64,000 nucleotides of DNA from Octopus vulgaris (GCA_951406725.2 OX597829.1:54560001-54624000); one strand, 5' to 3'. Counted from the stretch's first letter, positions 39,620-52,980 are shown. Numbers and translations: made by a program. The notes: generated by a model from the letters alone, not told the origin.

Positions 39620-41432
39620 GCCTTTGCACAGCTTCTAATGCTGGAGGTGTACTATGGTGTCAGCTGTTCACTACCAGGGAACTAAGGTGACACCTCTAAT
39701 TTTTTGAGCACCTTCTGGAGTATTTGAGCGGTTCCAAGCAGTGCTGTTTTCTGCAATTGTTCCACCCTTATTGCAGCCCCCATTTGTTCCATGTACTTCT
39801 CAAGATTTTTACTCACTGTTCCCAGGGCTCCAACAATTATTGGTACTACTACCACCTTTTTTTCATCGACCACAACTGCTTAACTTCCCAAGCTAACCTG
39901 TCATATCTCTCAACTTTTCTTTCTTCCTTATCGCATACCTTGTTGTCAGCTGGGCATGCTATATCTATGATCCAGCATGGTTTGTTTTCTTTCTCAATTA
40001 AGACTATGCCTGGCTTCCTATTCTCTATCTCATGGTCGCACTGAATCATAAAATTCCATAGGATCTTTGCATTATCATTTGTATGATGCCTTCAGCTTTA
40101 TGATCGTAACAATTTCTTTCTCTGTCAAGACCATAATTGTTGCAAAGTGTCCAATGGACAAGCTTTGCTATATTGTCGTGGTGTCTCTTATATTCCTTCT
40201 GTGCTAATGGTGTACATTGGCTGGTAATATGCCATATGGTTTCACTATTTTGTCCACAAATTCTGCAGTTATCACTTTCAGATGTGTTGTCTGCTCTGTA
40301 TTTTATGTAGTTTGTTCTTAGTGCTTGCTCTTGGGCAGCACAGATTAGAGCCTCCGTTTCTGGTTTTGAATCACTTTTAGTCATCCACACCCATCTTTTT
40401 TCTCTGTCTGTCTTATTTTAAACATCCCTATGAAATTGTCCATGCATTCTTTTCTTTATCAACCGATTTTCAGTTTCATTCATTTTCAATTTCTTGTATA
40501 GTGCTTTATCTTTGCAATCTTTCATCCTACACAAGCCTGACCTTCTTACTTCTAATAATAGTGGTTCTATGTTATTTTTTACATACCATGCTATATTGTT
40601 TTTTTCTGCTCTAATGCTGTGTTCGCATTCAATCAGTTCTCTTCCCTCTCTTTTTTCTTGCTACATATAGTCTGTCTGTGTCACTTTTTGGGTGGAGTAC
40701 CTCATATCTAGTCAGCAACTTCCTTGTCTTTCTGTCTAAGTTGTTTAGTTCATCTACTCTCCCTGTGATTACCCCCTGCTCCATACTAAGGAGTGAAACT
40801 GCCCAGGTGTTGATAGCTTCAATCTTATTCTGTCCGTTTAATTTTGTCTTAAGGATCAGTCTCAGTCTGAGCAGGTACTCCACCTTTAATTTTTCTGTTA
40901 TTTCTTTCTCTATCAATTTATCCATTTCCAAAATCCCCAAGTACTTATTGCCTGTCTCTTCTATCTGCTTCATAACTCAACAGTATCGATAGCCTGTCCA
41001 TACATTTGATTTTGCCTCTCTTCAAGACTAACACACCACACTTTCTCAGTCAGAACTCCATTCTGAGAAGTATACGCCATATCAACGAGGGAACTGACTT
41101 GGGCTTCATCTTTACCGTAAAGTTTGAGGTCATCCATGAATAACAACTATCGTATGCTTTACGATAATTGATCCATGACATGGCTAATTTAGTTTTCCCT
41201 CTTTTGCAGTCTCTAAGTATAGTTTTGTCTATCAGGAGTTGATCCTTGGTACCTCTGCACTTATGCTTGCAACCCTTCTGCTCATGTGGTGAGACTCCAT
41301 TTTTTTCCAGATGTCTGTACATCGACTCTGCAACTATTCCAGTCAATAATTTCCACATAACTGGCAAGCAGAACTGGCCCGTAATTGTCTACTGTATTGC
41401 CTTTTACAAAGTTTCCAAGCACAGCACTGTCC
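39620..41432 (-). mobile_element. R4/Dong-like RLE non-LTR retrotransposon, decayed
   Basis: RT remnants [15 protein letters not shown] and WINYRKAYD; ETEALICAAQEQAL; zinc knuckle CRICG..ETIWHITSQC; endonuclease NRKPGIV..IIDIACP; C-terminal VPIIVGALG..LQKTALLGT. Flanked by (TAT)n runs. Confidence 0.9.
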
Positions 41433-41599
41433 TATTATTATTATTATTATTACTTTTTTTTTTCTTCTTTCAAATTTGCTTCCATTTCTTGCCGAGTGTC
41501 TTCCCGACTCCTAGGGCAAAGAAACTCATAGTATATATTGGTAGGCCATTAAACCAAACTCAATAGTTCGTTCATTTTTTTAATTTTTTTTTTAAGTTA

Positions 41600-41830
41600 A
41601 ATTAAAATACATGAGCAGCAACAGTTCTCACATCGACAATGCTCTTCGCAATACGTGTGATGTACCAGTTAAGACAATCTTTTGCACTTCTTGCAGGGAT
41701 GGTAAGCCAGGGATCATTCTCATATAATTTTCGGTTCCCTTCTTGATCATTCCTAGTGCTCCTACGATCACTGGTATTGTAACCGCCTTGAGATGCCACA
41801 TTTTCTCAATTTCAATGAGTAGGTCTTTAT
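41600..41830 (-). mobile_element. 3' end of a second RLE LINE
   Basis: TIPVIVGALG..LQEVQKIVLTGTSHVLRRALSM on minus, adjoining (TAT)n. Confidence 0.75.
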
Positions 41831-41836
41831 ATTATT

Positions 41837-41867
<31 letters not shown>

Positions 41868-42602
41868 TTATTATTATTATTAATGCAATGAGCTGGCAGA
41901 ATCGTTAGTATGCCCAGAAAAATGCTTCGTGGCATTGTTATTTGAATGCTGGTATGATATGCCACAAAGGATAACTTGCACAAAGTGCTCGGAAGATTCC
42001 ATAAAGTACTGCTGTTGCAAGCTGTTATGACACAAGACTGCATCTATCCTGGATTGGGCCCCCACCACCACCACCACCACTCAGCTCTAGTGAGTTGGCC
42101 AGTCGGTTGTAATTTGTTGTCAGCAGCCACCACAGTAACAACTTTGGTCATTGCTCATTGTGATTACTGCCTGTTTCATGCTCTGTGGTGGGAAGATATT
42201 GTTGGAAATGGCCAGGAGATACCCTTAAGGATAATAGTGGAAAGAAAAAGAGAAAACATTTATGCTTATTTATAACACAGAAAGTGAAATCAATAGAAGA
42301 GAACTTAACAGTAGCATTTGAGGAATTTGGTATTAGAACAATAACTATCTAAGACCTGAAGAAACTAGAGGACGAACTGTCTAAGTTTCTGGAGGAAAAA
42401 AAATGAAGATCTTGATTATGTATTGGGTGGAGTGGATTTGTTAGTGTAGGGTGAACGCATGCCATTTGATGGAATGCTGCTCATGAGACAATTAAAAAAA
42501 TCTATCACGAAGAATTAAATAATACTGGTCTATATTTAAGAGATGTACATTCTTTACATTATTTACATTTGATGGATATTTGTCCTCATCTTGTTTGTTG
42601 TT

Positions 42603-42648
42603 AACACAACGTTTCGGCTGATATACCCTCCAGCCTTCATCAGGTGTC
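42603..42648 (-). ncRNA. Minimal type I hammerhead ribozyme motif
   Basis: GACAC-CUGAUGA-A-GGCUG(gagggtatat)CAGCC-GAAA-CGU-U^GUGUU: core intact, stems I and II pair, stem III reduced to palindromic ACGU. Confidence 0.7.
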
Positions 42649-42831
42649 TTGGGGAAATTTCAAACCACTACGCCATATGGCTGTGGGCATATGGCATAGT
42701 GGTTAAAAGCACGGGCTACTATCCCCAAGATTCCAAGTTTGATTCCAGGCAGTGACCTGAATAACAATAATAATAATAATAACATCGAAAAATCCCTTAG
42801 GAATGAAAACCCAGGTTTGAAATTTCCCCAA

Positions 42832-42875
42832 GACACCTGATGAAGGCTGGAGGGTGTGTCAGTTGAAACATTGTT
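42832..42875 (+). ncRNA. Hammerhead motif, degenerate partner copy
   Basis: GACAC-CUGAUGA-A-GGCUG..CAGUU-GAAA-CAUU-GUU. Confidence 0.5.
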
Positions 42876-43109
42876 AACAACAATCAAGATGAGGAGAAAT
42901 ATCCATCAAATGTACATAATGTAAGAGGAATTGAATATCAAAGGTAGCTCTAAATATTCAACAGGTTAATTAGAAACATTTAAGAAAAGGCACAGAATTA
43001 AATATTTAAAGGTTAATGGTAATGACTAAACAGCTAATGTCAAAACAGGACATTGCAGGTGGAGACTGATATCTTACCTTTCTGATAGTATTATCATATA
43101 ATGATGTCA

Positions 43110-43292
43110 AGTGAGCTAACAGAATCGTTAGCAGACCAGGCAAAATGCTTAGTGTGTGTTCTGAGTTAAAATTCCACTGAGGTCGACTTTACCTTTCATC
43201 CTTTCCAGGTTGATAAAATAAGTACCAGTTGTATACTAGGCAATGCAATTGATTTACTCCCTCTCTGGGCCTTGAGCCAACATCTGAAACCA
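43110..43292 (+). mobile_element. Nin/Deu-domain-like SINE
   Basis: gaggtcgactttacctttcatcctttcc..gataaaataagtaccag. Confidence 0.75.
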
Positions 43293-43384
43293 TTATGCAT
43301 AAAAATTATTAAAATCATTAAATATTTATATGAAAAACTATATTCAGGGTGTATATATCAGCACTTTTATAAAATGTAAACTTT

Positions 43385-43812
43385 TACCTTTTACTTGTTT
43401 CACTCATTAGACTGCAGCCATGCTGGAGCACCACCTTGAAGAAATTATGGCCAAAGGAATCAATCAAAGGACGTTTTTTTAAAGCCTAGTACTTATTCTG
43501 TCAGTCTCTTTTTTCTGAACTGCTAAGTTATAGGGACATAAACACACCAACACCAGTTGTCAAGTGGTGATGGGGACAAACACAGACACAAATACATATA
43601 CACACACAGGCATACACAGACACATATGCACATGCATATACATACACATATACAATGGACTTCTTTCTGTTTCTGTTTAACCAAATCCACTCATAAGGCG
43701 TTCTAGAAGCTATAGGAGAAGTCACTTACCCAAGGTGCCATACAGTGGGAATGGACCCGGATCAATGTGGTTGGGAAGCAAGCCTCTTGCCACACAGCCA
43801 AGCCTGCACCTA
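43385..43812 (-). mobile_element. CORE-like tRNA SINE, near full length
   Basis: Reverse complement of the 47950-48470 family, with an internal (CA)n. Confidence 0.78.
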
Positions 43813-45049
43813 TAAGCCATGGCTATGGATTTTTTTTGTTTTTTTAGACCTAGGTCTGATTGCCAAGCTGTCCCATTTTATAGAAGCAAACACATAAATA
43901 CACTGAAAATCCACAATAATTTCAGTTCTGTGAGTTTTGGATAAGGGATTCCCTGCTTCTTGCTTTTAAGATGTACACTTTGTGATTTAAGCACTAAAAA
44001 AGTGTGCCTATAAAGAGTTACATTCTTCAAAATTCCATAAACCCCTAAACTCCCAAATTATTTACCCAAAATTGCGTTACAGCAGAATTGGCAAAGAATA
44101 CCACTTACTGCAACATCTGGTGAGAGTTGCACACCACCACCACCACCACCAGAAAAGCAAAGAATGCTTTTGTGCATTATTGCAATAAAGCCTTCTGATT
44201 CCTTGTAAAATTGTTCTCACCCAACTTCATACAATCCTCCTATTTATTACTTCTCAAACAAAATAGCTCTACTAAAAATACTCTTAAAAAGAAACCTCAG
44301 CATTTGCTTCCCATTTTGCATTTAACTCCTCATTTCACTCTCTCGCAAAACTCCACTCAGACTGTCCTCCACTCACCCATTGTCTTGCTACTCCAGTTAC
44401 AGTTGAGTATGTAAAAAAAAAAAAGCATTGATTTCTACAACCCACAAGCCATCTGTTCCACCACCTACAAACAATACACTCCACAACTAATTCCGATACT
44501 TGTGAAACACTTTCATGTCCCTCCCTCCCACTCTCCCCTTTCTCTCTCTCTCTCTACCTCCCTCCCTCTATCCCCCCCTCCCTCTCATTATATCTCAGTT
44601 TTTGGGAACCTGCCTCAGTACAATGGTTCCCAACCATTTCACTGCCAAGGACTCCCTTGATTTAAACAAATATTCCCATGGACTAGGTTTTAGAAAGGCT
44701 TATCTATCCAATAAGCCAATTTTATTAACTGACGACCAAATTGTCCTATTTTAATCTCTTGATTGTAATCTAACTGAATAAATACATGCAATGGATTCAT
44801 TAAATATTTAACATTGCAGCCTTTTAAAATTTTGAACACAGCTCACAGACCCCAATACTACGAGTGAGGACTTCAGGTTAGGAACTTCTCTCATCTTATA
44901 ATTCATCACCAAAATATTAATTTATCTGACACTTCTAACAATTGACATGTTGGACTCATTTCCTGCATGGAAACAGCTTTCAATCATTCTCTCTCATCTT
45001 CAAGATTTTCAATTATTCTCTCTTGTCTACAGCTAGCAGTACTCCATTC

Positions 45050-45460
45050 TTTGAATTAGATCCACTGAGAACTTGATTTTCATTTCACAAACGGTCCCTT
45101 GCACTTGACATTGACAAAGATTTTGAATCTTCCAGCTAAGTTTCCTGCCTTTGACCTCTGTTAGTCATTTCTTGAATCAAACTCTTCCTGTTAAACGAGA
45201 CATTCTCTGACTGACATTCTATTAACTCTGGTGTATTCCAAGGATCTGTTACATTTTCTCATCATCATTCTGAACATTAACAATCCACTTACCATCGTAT
45301 CTAACTCTACAATACTCACACTGTTGGTTACTACTTTCCACGCCTTAACCTTCTGCTTAGACAGACATCATCCAAATGCTATGTAAACAATTAATGTTAG
45401 ACATACACTGCTTGCATGAAATGAGACCTTGAAGGGAATCCTTCAGTAGGAGACAAAAAC
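45050..45460 (+). mobile_element. Very decayed Jockey/CR1-like RT fragment
   Basis: LALDI and INSGVFQGSV remnants. Confidence 0.45.
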
Positions 45461-45630
45461 CTAATCTCTAGCAGAGAGCACAATGAAAATATATACACAA
45501 GGCACAGCAGTGGCTATGTGGTAAGAAGCTTGCTACCCAACCATATGGACCTGGGTTCAGTCCAACTGCATGGCACCTTAGACAAGTGGATAACTTTAAA
45601 AAAATAAAATAAAATGAAATATTTTATATT

Positions 45631-45735
45631 AGTGTCAAGAACTGTCAAAACACTGTGACAAGAACTGTCAAAACACAGTGTCAAGAACTGTCAAAAACAC
45701 AGTGTCAAGAACTGTCAAAAACACATTGACAAGAA
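45631..45735. repeat. 21-22 bp tandem repeat (~5 copies)
   Basis: Unit AGTGTCAAGAACTGTCAAAAC(AC). Confidence 0.9.
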
Positions 45736-45797
45736 TATCAGGTGAGGCAAAAGAATGAAAACAAATATATGACAGGTTATATTCCAATTGTCTAGAA

Positions 45798-46090
45798 CAG
45801 TGATTCTTAGCTTTTTTTATCTATAGACTCCATTGTTTGCTATTTTATTGTGGTGGACCCCATAGCCATTTGATGTTTAAAAGATTGTTTTATGGATACT
45901 TCTTTACACATTCACTTGTGAAAGGTGTAAAACATTAGAGAAAGAAACTTAGTTGCTTCTTGCAATAGATACATTTAAATCAAAGTTTTTCATGGACCCT
46001 TAAAATACTACTGTAGATCCTCAGCTTACTATCTAGATTGCATGGACCTCCAAAAATCTTATATGGACCCCTACTAGTTGAGAACCACTG
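45798..46090. mobile_element. hAT/Charlie-like MITE
   Basis: GTCTAGAA|CAGTGATTCTTAGC ... GTTGAGAACCACTG|GTCTAGAA. The 8-bp duplication fits the NTCTAGAN Charlie preference. Confidence 0.88.
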
Positions 46091-46261
46091 GTCTAGAATA
46101 TTCCAGTCACATAAAAACATCCAAGAAATTACATAAGTGCTATATGAATAAATACACGTGTATGTTTATAAATATTTATATATATGTATATGTATATGTA
46201 TATATATATATAGTAATAATAATAATAATAATATGAGGGAATATTATTCCAAACTTACAGG

Positions 46262-46294
<33 letters not shown>

Positions 46295-46439
46295 TAGATA
46301 GATAGATATATAGATATATATATGGCATATTCCAAATGGATAAGGTAATGTAATCTGATGGTAGAAAGAATTCCATGAATTAGGTACTCCAAAACCAGAC
46401 TGAAGGATGGAGGTCTGTGTGAGCATGCGGAAAAAAGTT

Positions 46440-46798
46440 AATAAAAAAAAGCAGAGGAAAAAGACAAGAAAAAACAACACTGCAAGGACGTGGTACATGC
46501 AAAGTATTAATAAAACACTCAAGGAAGGAAAAGAGAAGTTGTTTTACATTTCAAGCAAACCTCTTCTTTGGAAACAGGAGATATAGGAAAGTCCCAAAGA
46601 AAAAGAAGAAGGAAAAAAAATCGCCAACAATCTACATGTAGTTACATGTGGACTCTTGGTCATTTTCCCCCTCCATTTCTGAAGGAGAGCTTTGCTCAAA
46701 ACACAAAACACCCTTTCTTTCCTTCCCTGGGTGTCTTTGCATGTATTAAATCCTTACGTTGCTGATTTTTGTTGTTGTCTTTTTTTCTATTTTTTTAA

Positions 46799-46800
<2 letters not shown>
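46440..46800. mobile_element. Inverted pair of decayed Penelope-pLTR-like repeats with degenerate hammerheads
   Basis: Minus 46541-46575 GTTT-CCAAAGA-AGAG..CTT-GAAA-TGTA-AAAC and plus 46675-46709 ATTT-CTGAAGG-AGAG..CTC-AAAA-CACA-AAAC. Both resemble 62871-62905. Confidence 0.55.
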
Positions 46801-46803
<3 letters not shown>

Positions 46804-46878
<75 letters not shown>

Positions 46879-46885
46879 ATGATGA

Positions 46886-46926
<41 letters not shown>

Positions 46927-47000
46927 TATACATATATACATATATACACATATACACATATATATATATATACTACATATACATATATATACACACACAT
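46804..47000. repeat. (TA)n/(CA)n microsatellite
   Basis: Direct inspection. Confidence 0.95.
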
Positions 47001-47456
47001 CATCATCACATCGTTTTAATGTTCACCTGTTCATGCTTGCATGAAATTAGGGTTTATTGAGGCAGATTTTCTACAGCCAGATGCACTTTCTGTTTCCAAC
47101 CCTCACCTGTTTCCAGGCCAGGTAATATTTCTCCATAGCCACGTTATGTTCTCACAGAATATTGGAAATGAATGACAATGCTTGTATGATAGGGATAACA
47201 ATTTTACAACTATCACACAATATCAAGACGATGAGAAACAAACATCCACACACACTCACAAACACACACACATATGTGTGTGTGTGTTGTATATGATGGG
47301 CTTTGGTCAACCCAGGGTTATAGGGATTGGGAAGCAAGCTTCTTACTACACAGCCATACCTACATCTATATTCATGTGTGTAAATACAGTAAATGTCATA
47401 CAGCAGGAAAAAAAGGAATTACTTAACAAATTTTCACTGCAAAAAATAAATAAATA

Positions 47457-47890
47457 AATCATCATCATCATCATCATCATCATCGTTTAGCGTCCGCTTT
47501 CCATGATAGCATGGGTTGGATGGTTCAACTGGGGTCTGTGAAGCCAGAAGGCTGCGCCAGTCCCAGTCAGATCTGGCAATGTTTCTACAGCTGGATGCCC
47601 TTCCTAACACCAACCACTCTGTGAGTGTAGTGGGTGCTTTTTATGTGCCACCGGCACAGGTGCCAGACGAGGCTGGAAATGGCCACGATCAGATGGTGCT
47701 TTTTACGTGCCACCGGCACAGAGGCCAGGCGAGGCTGGCAAATGGCCACGATCGGATGGTGCTTTTTACGTGCCACCAGCACGAGACCAGTTGGGGCAGC
47801 GCTGGCAACGGCCACGTTCGGATGGTTCTCTTACGTACCACCGGCACTGGTATCACATCTGCAATTTCCATTGATGTTGATCGATTTCGA
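47457..47890 (-). mobile_element. RTE 3' UTR copy with tandem units
   Basis: (CAT)n tail plus repeated gtgccaccggcac units; inverse of 30773-31146. Confidence 0.85.
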
Positions 47891-47949
47891 TTTAAATAAA
47901 CTATAATTTTAAAAGTAATTTTAAAAAATAAAAAACAATCAATGACAAT

Positions 47950-48468
47950 AGGTGCAGGAGTGGCTGTGTGGTAAGTAGCTTGCTTACGAACCATATGGTT
48001 CCAGGTTCAGTCCCACTGTGTGGCACCACAGGCAAGTGTCTTCTACTGTCTCCCATGCTGGTGGCACATAAAAAGCACCATCCAAACATGGCTGATGCCA
48101 GTAACCCCTGACTGACCCCCATGCCGGTGGCACATAAAAAGTACTATCTGAACATGATCGATGCCAGGCCTGCCTGACTGGCTCCTGTACTGGTGGCCTT
48201 GTAAGTGAATCTGGTAGATGGAAACTGAAAGAAGCTCATAGTACATATATATGTATATGTGTGTGTCTGTTTGTCCTCCCACCATCGCTTGACAACTGAT
48301 GTTGGTGTGTTTACATCCCTGTAACTTAGCGGTTTGGCAAAAGAGATTGATAGAATAATTACTAGGCTTACAAAGAATAAGTCCTGGGGTCGATTTGTTT
48401 GACTAAAGCCGGTGCTCCAGCATGGTCGCAGTCAAATGACTGAAACAAATAAAAGAATAAAAGAATAT
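47950..48468 (+). mobile_element. CORE-like tRNA SINE containing RTE 3' UTR units at ~48050-48198
   Basis: ggtgcaggagtggctgtgtggtaag head, RTE units, then the SINE body resumes at gtgaatctggtagatggaaactgaaag. Confidence 0.75.
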
Positions 48469-48532
48469 GAAATTAAGTTTGAGAAAGGCCATTTGGATGT
48501 CATACTTAGTATTCTCAATAATGTGTACACTT

Positions 48533-49212
48533 TAAGGTGGTGAGCTGACAGAATTGTTAGCAAGCCGAATAATATCATAACTGTGGCCAGTTCCTCCTGA
48601 CTGGCTCCTGTGCCAGTGGCATGTAAAAAGCATCATCCAAACGTGGCTGATGCCAGTACCCACTGACTGGGGCCTGTGCCAGTGGCACGTAAAAAGCACT
48701 ATCCAAACATGATCGATGCCGGGCCCACCTGACTGGCTCCTGTGCTGGTGATGCATAAAAAGCACCATCCAAATGTAGCCGATGCCAGTACCCCCTGACT
48801 GGGCTCCCCTGCCAGTGGCATGTAAAAGCCCTATCTGAATGTGATCGGTGTGAGGAGCGCCTGACAGGCTCCTGATGGTTGGTGTTAGGAAGAGCATTCA
48901 GCTGTAGAAACATTGCCAGATCAGATTGGAGCCAGGTGCAACCTCCTAGCTTTCCAGACCTCAGTCAAACTGTCCTACCCATGCCAGCATGGAAAACGGA
49001 CGTTAAACGATGATGATGATGATGATGATGTAAAATACTTGGTGGAATTTTGCCCATCCTTTATGTTCTGAGTTCAAATTCCACCAAGGACAACTTTGCC
49101 TTTCATCTTTTCGGAATTGACAAATTAAGCATCACTTGTGCCCTGGGGTTGAAGTAACCAACTGACCTACCCACCTGAAATTGCTGGCCTTGTGCCAAAA
49201 TTTGAGACCAAT
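48533..49212 (+). mobile_element. Nin/Deu-like SINE split by an RTE 3' UTR insertion (~48575-49030)
   Basis: Head aaggtggtgagctgacagaattgttagc, RTE units and (GAT)n tail, then taaaatacttggtgg..ttctgagttcaaattcc. Confidence 0.78.
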
Positions 49213-50149
49213 AATATGTTATTGGCCTCAAAATCCAATAAAACTATTGGCTTGAGATTTCTAGATGTGTTAAATCTGAACCTGATATAGGTGATCAATC
49301 AATCAATCAATAATACTTATTTATCTAATAGAAATGTGATAAAAAGTCACTAGTTTCTAAGTTGGTTTTTTTTTCATAATCAGGTGAAACCATTAACAGG
49401 CTGTTATTCATTATGTCTTCAAGGGATTTGTGTACTTGTACCGTGTAGAATGTGTTTGTGTGACATTTTGCAAAATGATTACAGTGAAATGATTTTGACC
49501 ATAAATTGAAATTATGTCATGGAGTCGGAGGCATTAAAACTTACTTACTACCGACTGGTTTGCAGCAGTCATGTGTGTTTATAGCAGAGAATGACTATCT
49601 TAGTAACAACATAGAAATATAAAGGCTATAATCCACAATGATATTTAAAATTAGGTATTAATACCTTAATTAAACAATGATAGCAAAAGAGAGAGAGAGG
49701 GAGAGAGAGAGAGAGAGAGAGAGAGGCTGGGGGAGAATGAAAAACAATTAACTGATGTACTTGTGGTTGTTGTTGTTGTTGTTTTTGTTGTTGATGGTGG
49801 ATTTTGTTGTGGCAGTCAAGTTTTATAGATTTAGATTGAGATCTGTCAGCCTTGGGATATTGCAGTCCTGTATATTCTAAGTATTACCCAGCAGTTTTAT
49901 AATCATCAAGTGGTGGTGATAGTGGTGGTGGTGGTGGTGATGGTTGTAGTATCACCAACATTTGTGGTGATGTGATTTACTATATAATGTAATGTATTGA
50001 AGTGGCTGAGGTCAAGTACGCAATGCAACCACAATGTAATATATTGTGGTCCAATGTTTTTCATAAGGAGCCTCCACTTCTCAATGGTCTTGTCCTGTAA
50101 GGACTGAAAACAAAAAAAGGCAAAGTGCTCCAAGCAGCACTTTTCATCC

Positions 50150-50620
50150 TGTTGTAAGCTATTGTTGTCGGCAATATGTGCGAGCCATGGAAGTGCTTAC
50201 AACATTGTCAAGTCACTTGGTTTTTTCAAAAGTGTGTGCCCGTTGGGTACCAAGAGAGCTGAATACTAAATGCAAATCTGACAGGGTCATTGCCTGCACT
50301 TACCAGATTTAGTGCCTTCAGACTATCATCTCTTCGGCTCCATGAAAGAGGGTATGAGAGGCAAACACTATTCCAGTGACAAGGAAGTGAAAACTGTAGT
50401 GAAGAAGTGGCTCAAAGAACAGTCAACAGAATTTTACAGGGCAGGGATGCATGCTCTCATTCGAAGGTGGAATATTGCTAATGAGAGAAACGGTGACTAT
50501 GTTGAGAAGTAGGGATGTGATCCACAGAGGACCAGCTTCATTTTGATGTATGATACATGTTCCTGTGTTGGTAATTGTACCTGTCCTAAACAAAATGACA
50601 TTACTTTTTAACTCACCCTC
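50150..50620 (+). mobile_element. Internally deleted mariner-like transposase remnant
   Basis: WVPREL at ~50245, then PDLVPSDYHLFGSMKE..FYRAGMHALIRRW..NGDYVEK. Confidence 0.82.
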
Positions 50621-50629
50621 CACATGATT

Positions 50630-51115
<486 letters not shown>

Positions 51116-51431
51116 GAATGTGTGAATGTTTGTGTTTGTCCCCCCCCCCTCCGCACTGCATGACATCCAGTGTTTGATTACATTCCTGTAATTTACCAAA
51201 AAAAAAAAAAAAAAAGAAAGAAGAAAAAGTTATCGAGTAAGTACCAGACTTAAAAGATAAGTATAGGGTTCCATTTGTTTGGCTAAAACCTTTCAGGATG
51301 ATGCCCCAGCATGGCCACAGTTCAATGACTGAAATGAGTAAAAGATAAAAAGTAACTTTTGTGGAATGGCAGAAATAGCCAAACACTGAACTAAAGTGCA
51401 TGTATTATTTGATAATATTTCAGTTTATTTT

Positions 51432-51600
51432 TAAGGTTGTGAGCTGAGAAAATCGTTAGCACGATGGGCAAAATAGATGGCAGCATTTTTGACTGTCTTC
51501 ATGTTCTGAGATCAAATACCACAGAGGTTGACTTTGCCTTTTATCCTTCCGGGTTGAACACTGGAGATGAGGTAATCGACCTACCCCCTCTCGACCACCA
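51432..51600 (+). mobile_element. Nin/Deu-like SINE
   Basis: gaggttgactttgccttttatccttcc. Confidence 0.65.
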
Positions 51601-52734
51601 CCACTACCACCAAATTTGTTTCAGTTTATTTTGTATTTAAATTCAGCTGCAGTCAACTTTTTTGTTTATCCTTTCAAAGTTGATAAAATAAATAAATACC
51701 AGTGATTTATTAATGTCAATCAATTACTTGTCATCGCTAACTCTACTCATACTTTTCATGTAAAATCCTGCTTAGATCAACTTGGCTCCTTTTATCTCTT
51801 AGCAAATGTGTGGGAAGATTTTGGTAAGTAAATTACAAGCGATGTTATTGGAGTCAATTATATTGTTTAGTGCTTCAAAACTGGGCTTGTACCAGGTCAA
51901 ATTAAATAATTTACTTTCTAATCTCTTTTGATCATGTTTGGCATGCAGATCTCCAATTGAGAGATCACCCATTCTTCTTTCTCAGATCAGTAATCACAAC
52001 ATCACAGAGATCTTTCTATTTTTCACTCTAGCACCTCCAGCATACCCCAGTGTTTTGCCATGTACTCCCACCCACCCACCCATACATCAGTGACCTACTT
52101 TGCCATCAGATCTAACAAATCCTCTTTTTATGAAGATGATATGACTTTTCATTCTTCTCTAATCTTCCCCATCCATGTGTCATCCTCTCACAATCCAGAC
52201 ACCACACTTCAAACCTGCATTGATTCCTCCAATGGGGAGATGCCAATCCCGTCTCTTTCAACAGCAACAAAATACAAACATTACTCATATAAAAAAAAAA
52301 AGAAAACCCATTTTGCCATGAACCACCTAATTATGAACAACAAGCTACAAGACCCTCCATATTAGTTCTAAAATACCTGACTTCATTGTCACACCTTAAT
52401 TGTCTCTTGGTAAAAGCACATCTATAACACAGCAAGGATTACATCCCAACAACTGGTCCTTCTCCTTAGATCCTAAGAAACATTTCATTCACCAGCAATT
52501 ACTGAATTCAACAAAACTCAGATGTGGCCCGCAATGGTTAGTGCTCCTCCCACATGTAGATCAGTGCTTCTAAACTACATAAAGTCATTCACGGATATTC
52601 TCCAACCCCCGTTTCCTCTTTCTGACTTTTCTACCACTACTATAATGACTTTTGTTCCTTGGTCTGGGATAGGCTTTTTCCACATTTACTCAGGAATTTT
52701 TAACCCATTCCAGTCTCTTTTTCTGATCACTTTT

Positions 52735-52980
52735 CATCATTGTTTAACATCTGCTTTCCATGCTGGTATGGGCTGAATGGTTTGGCATGAGGCTGGCCAG
52801 CTATCTGTTGGGGTTAGGGTTTCTATGGTTAGATGCCCTTCCTAACACCAAACACTTAGCAGAGTGTGGTGGATGCTTTTTACATGTCACCAACACGAGC
52901 GTATTCACATAGTGCTGGCATGGTTGCATTAACACAGCACTGGTACAGATGCTTTTTAAGTGGCACAGGCACCTGAAAAG
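52735..52980 (-). mobile_element. RTE 3' tail copy
   Basis: catcattgtttaacatctgctttccatgctggtatggg. Confidence 0.7.

Larger units (their letters stand above)
42554..42924. mobile_element. Head-to-head inverted element with tRNA-like head and hammerhead-bearing tails
   Basis: Arms 42554-42666 and ~42813-42924 are reverse complements. Central hairpin at 42663-42704, A box at 42692-42702, B box at 42736-42746. Confidence 0.8.

Noticed and set aside
42685-42757. Functional tRNA gene (also the SINE heads at 2540, 33160-33232 and 47950)
   Set aside because: A and B boxes are present, but I could not form a complete cloverleaf or acceptor stem, and the heads are attached to repeat bodies.
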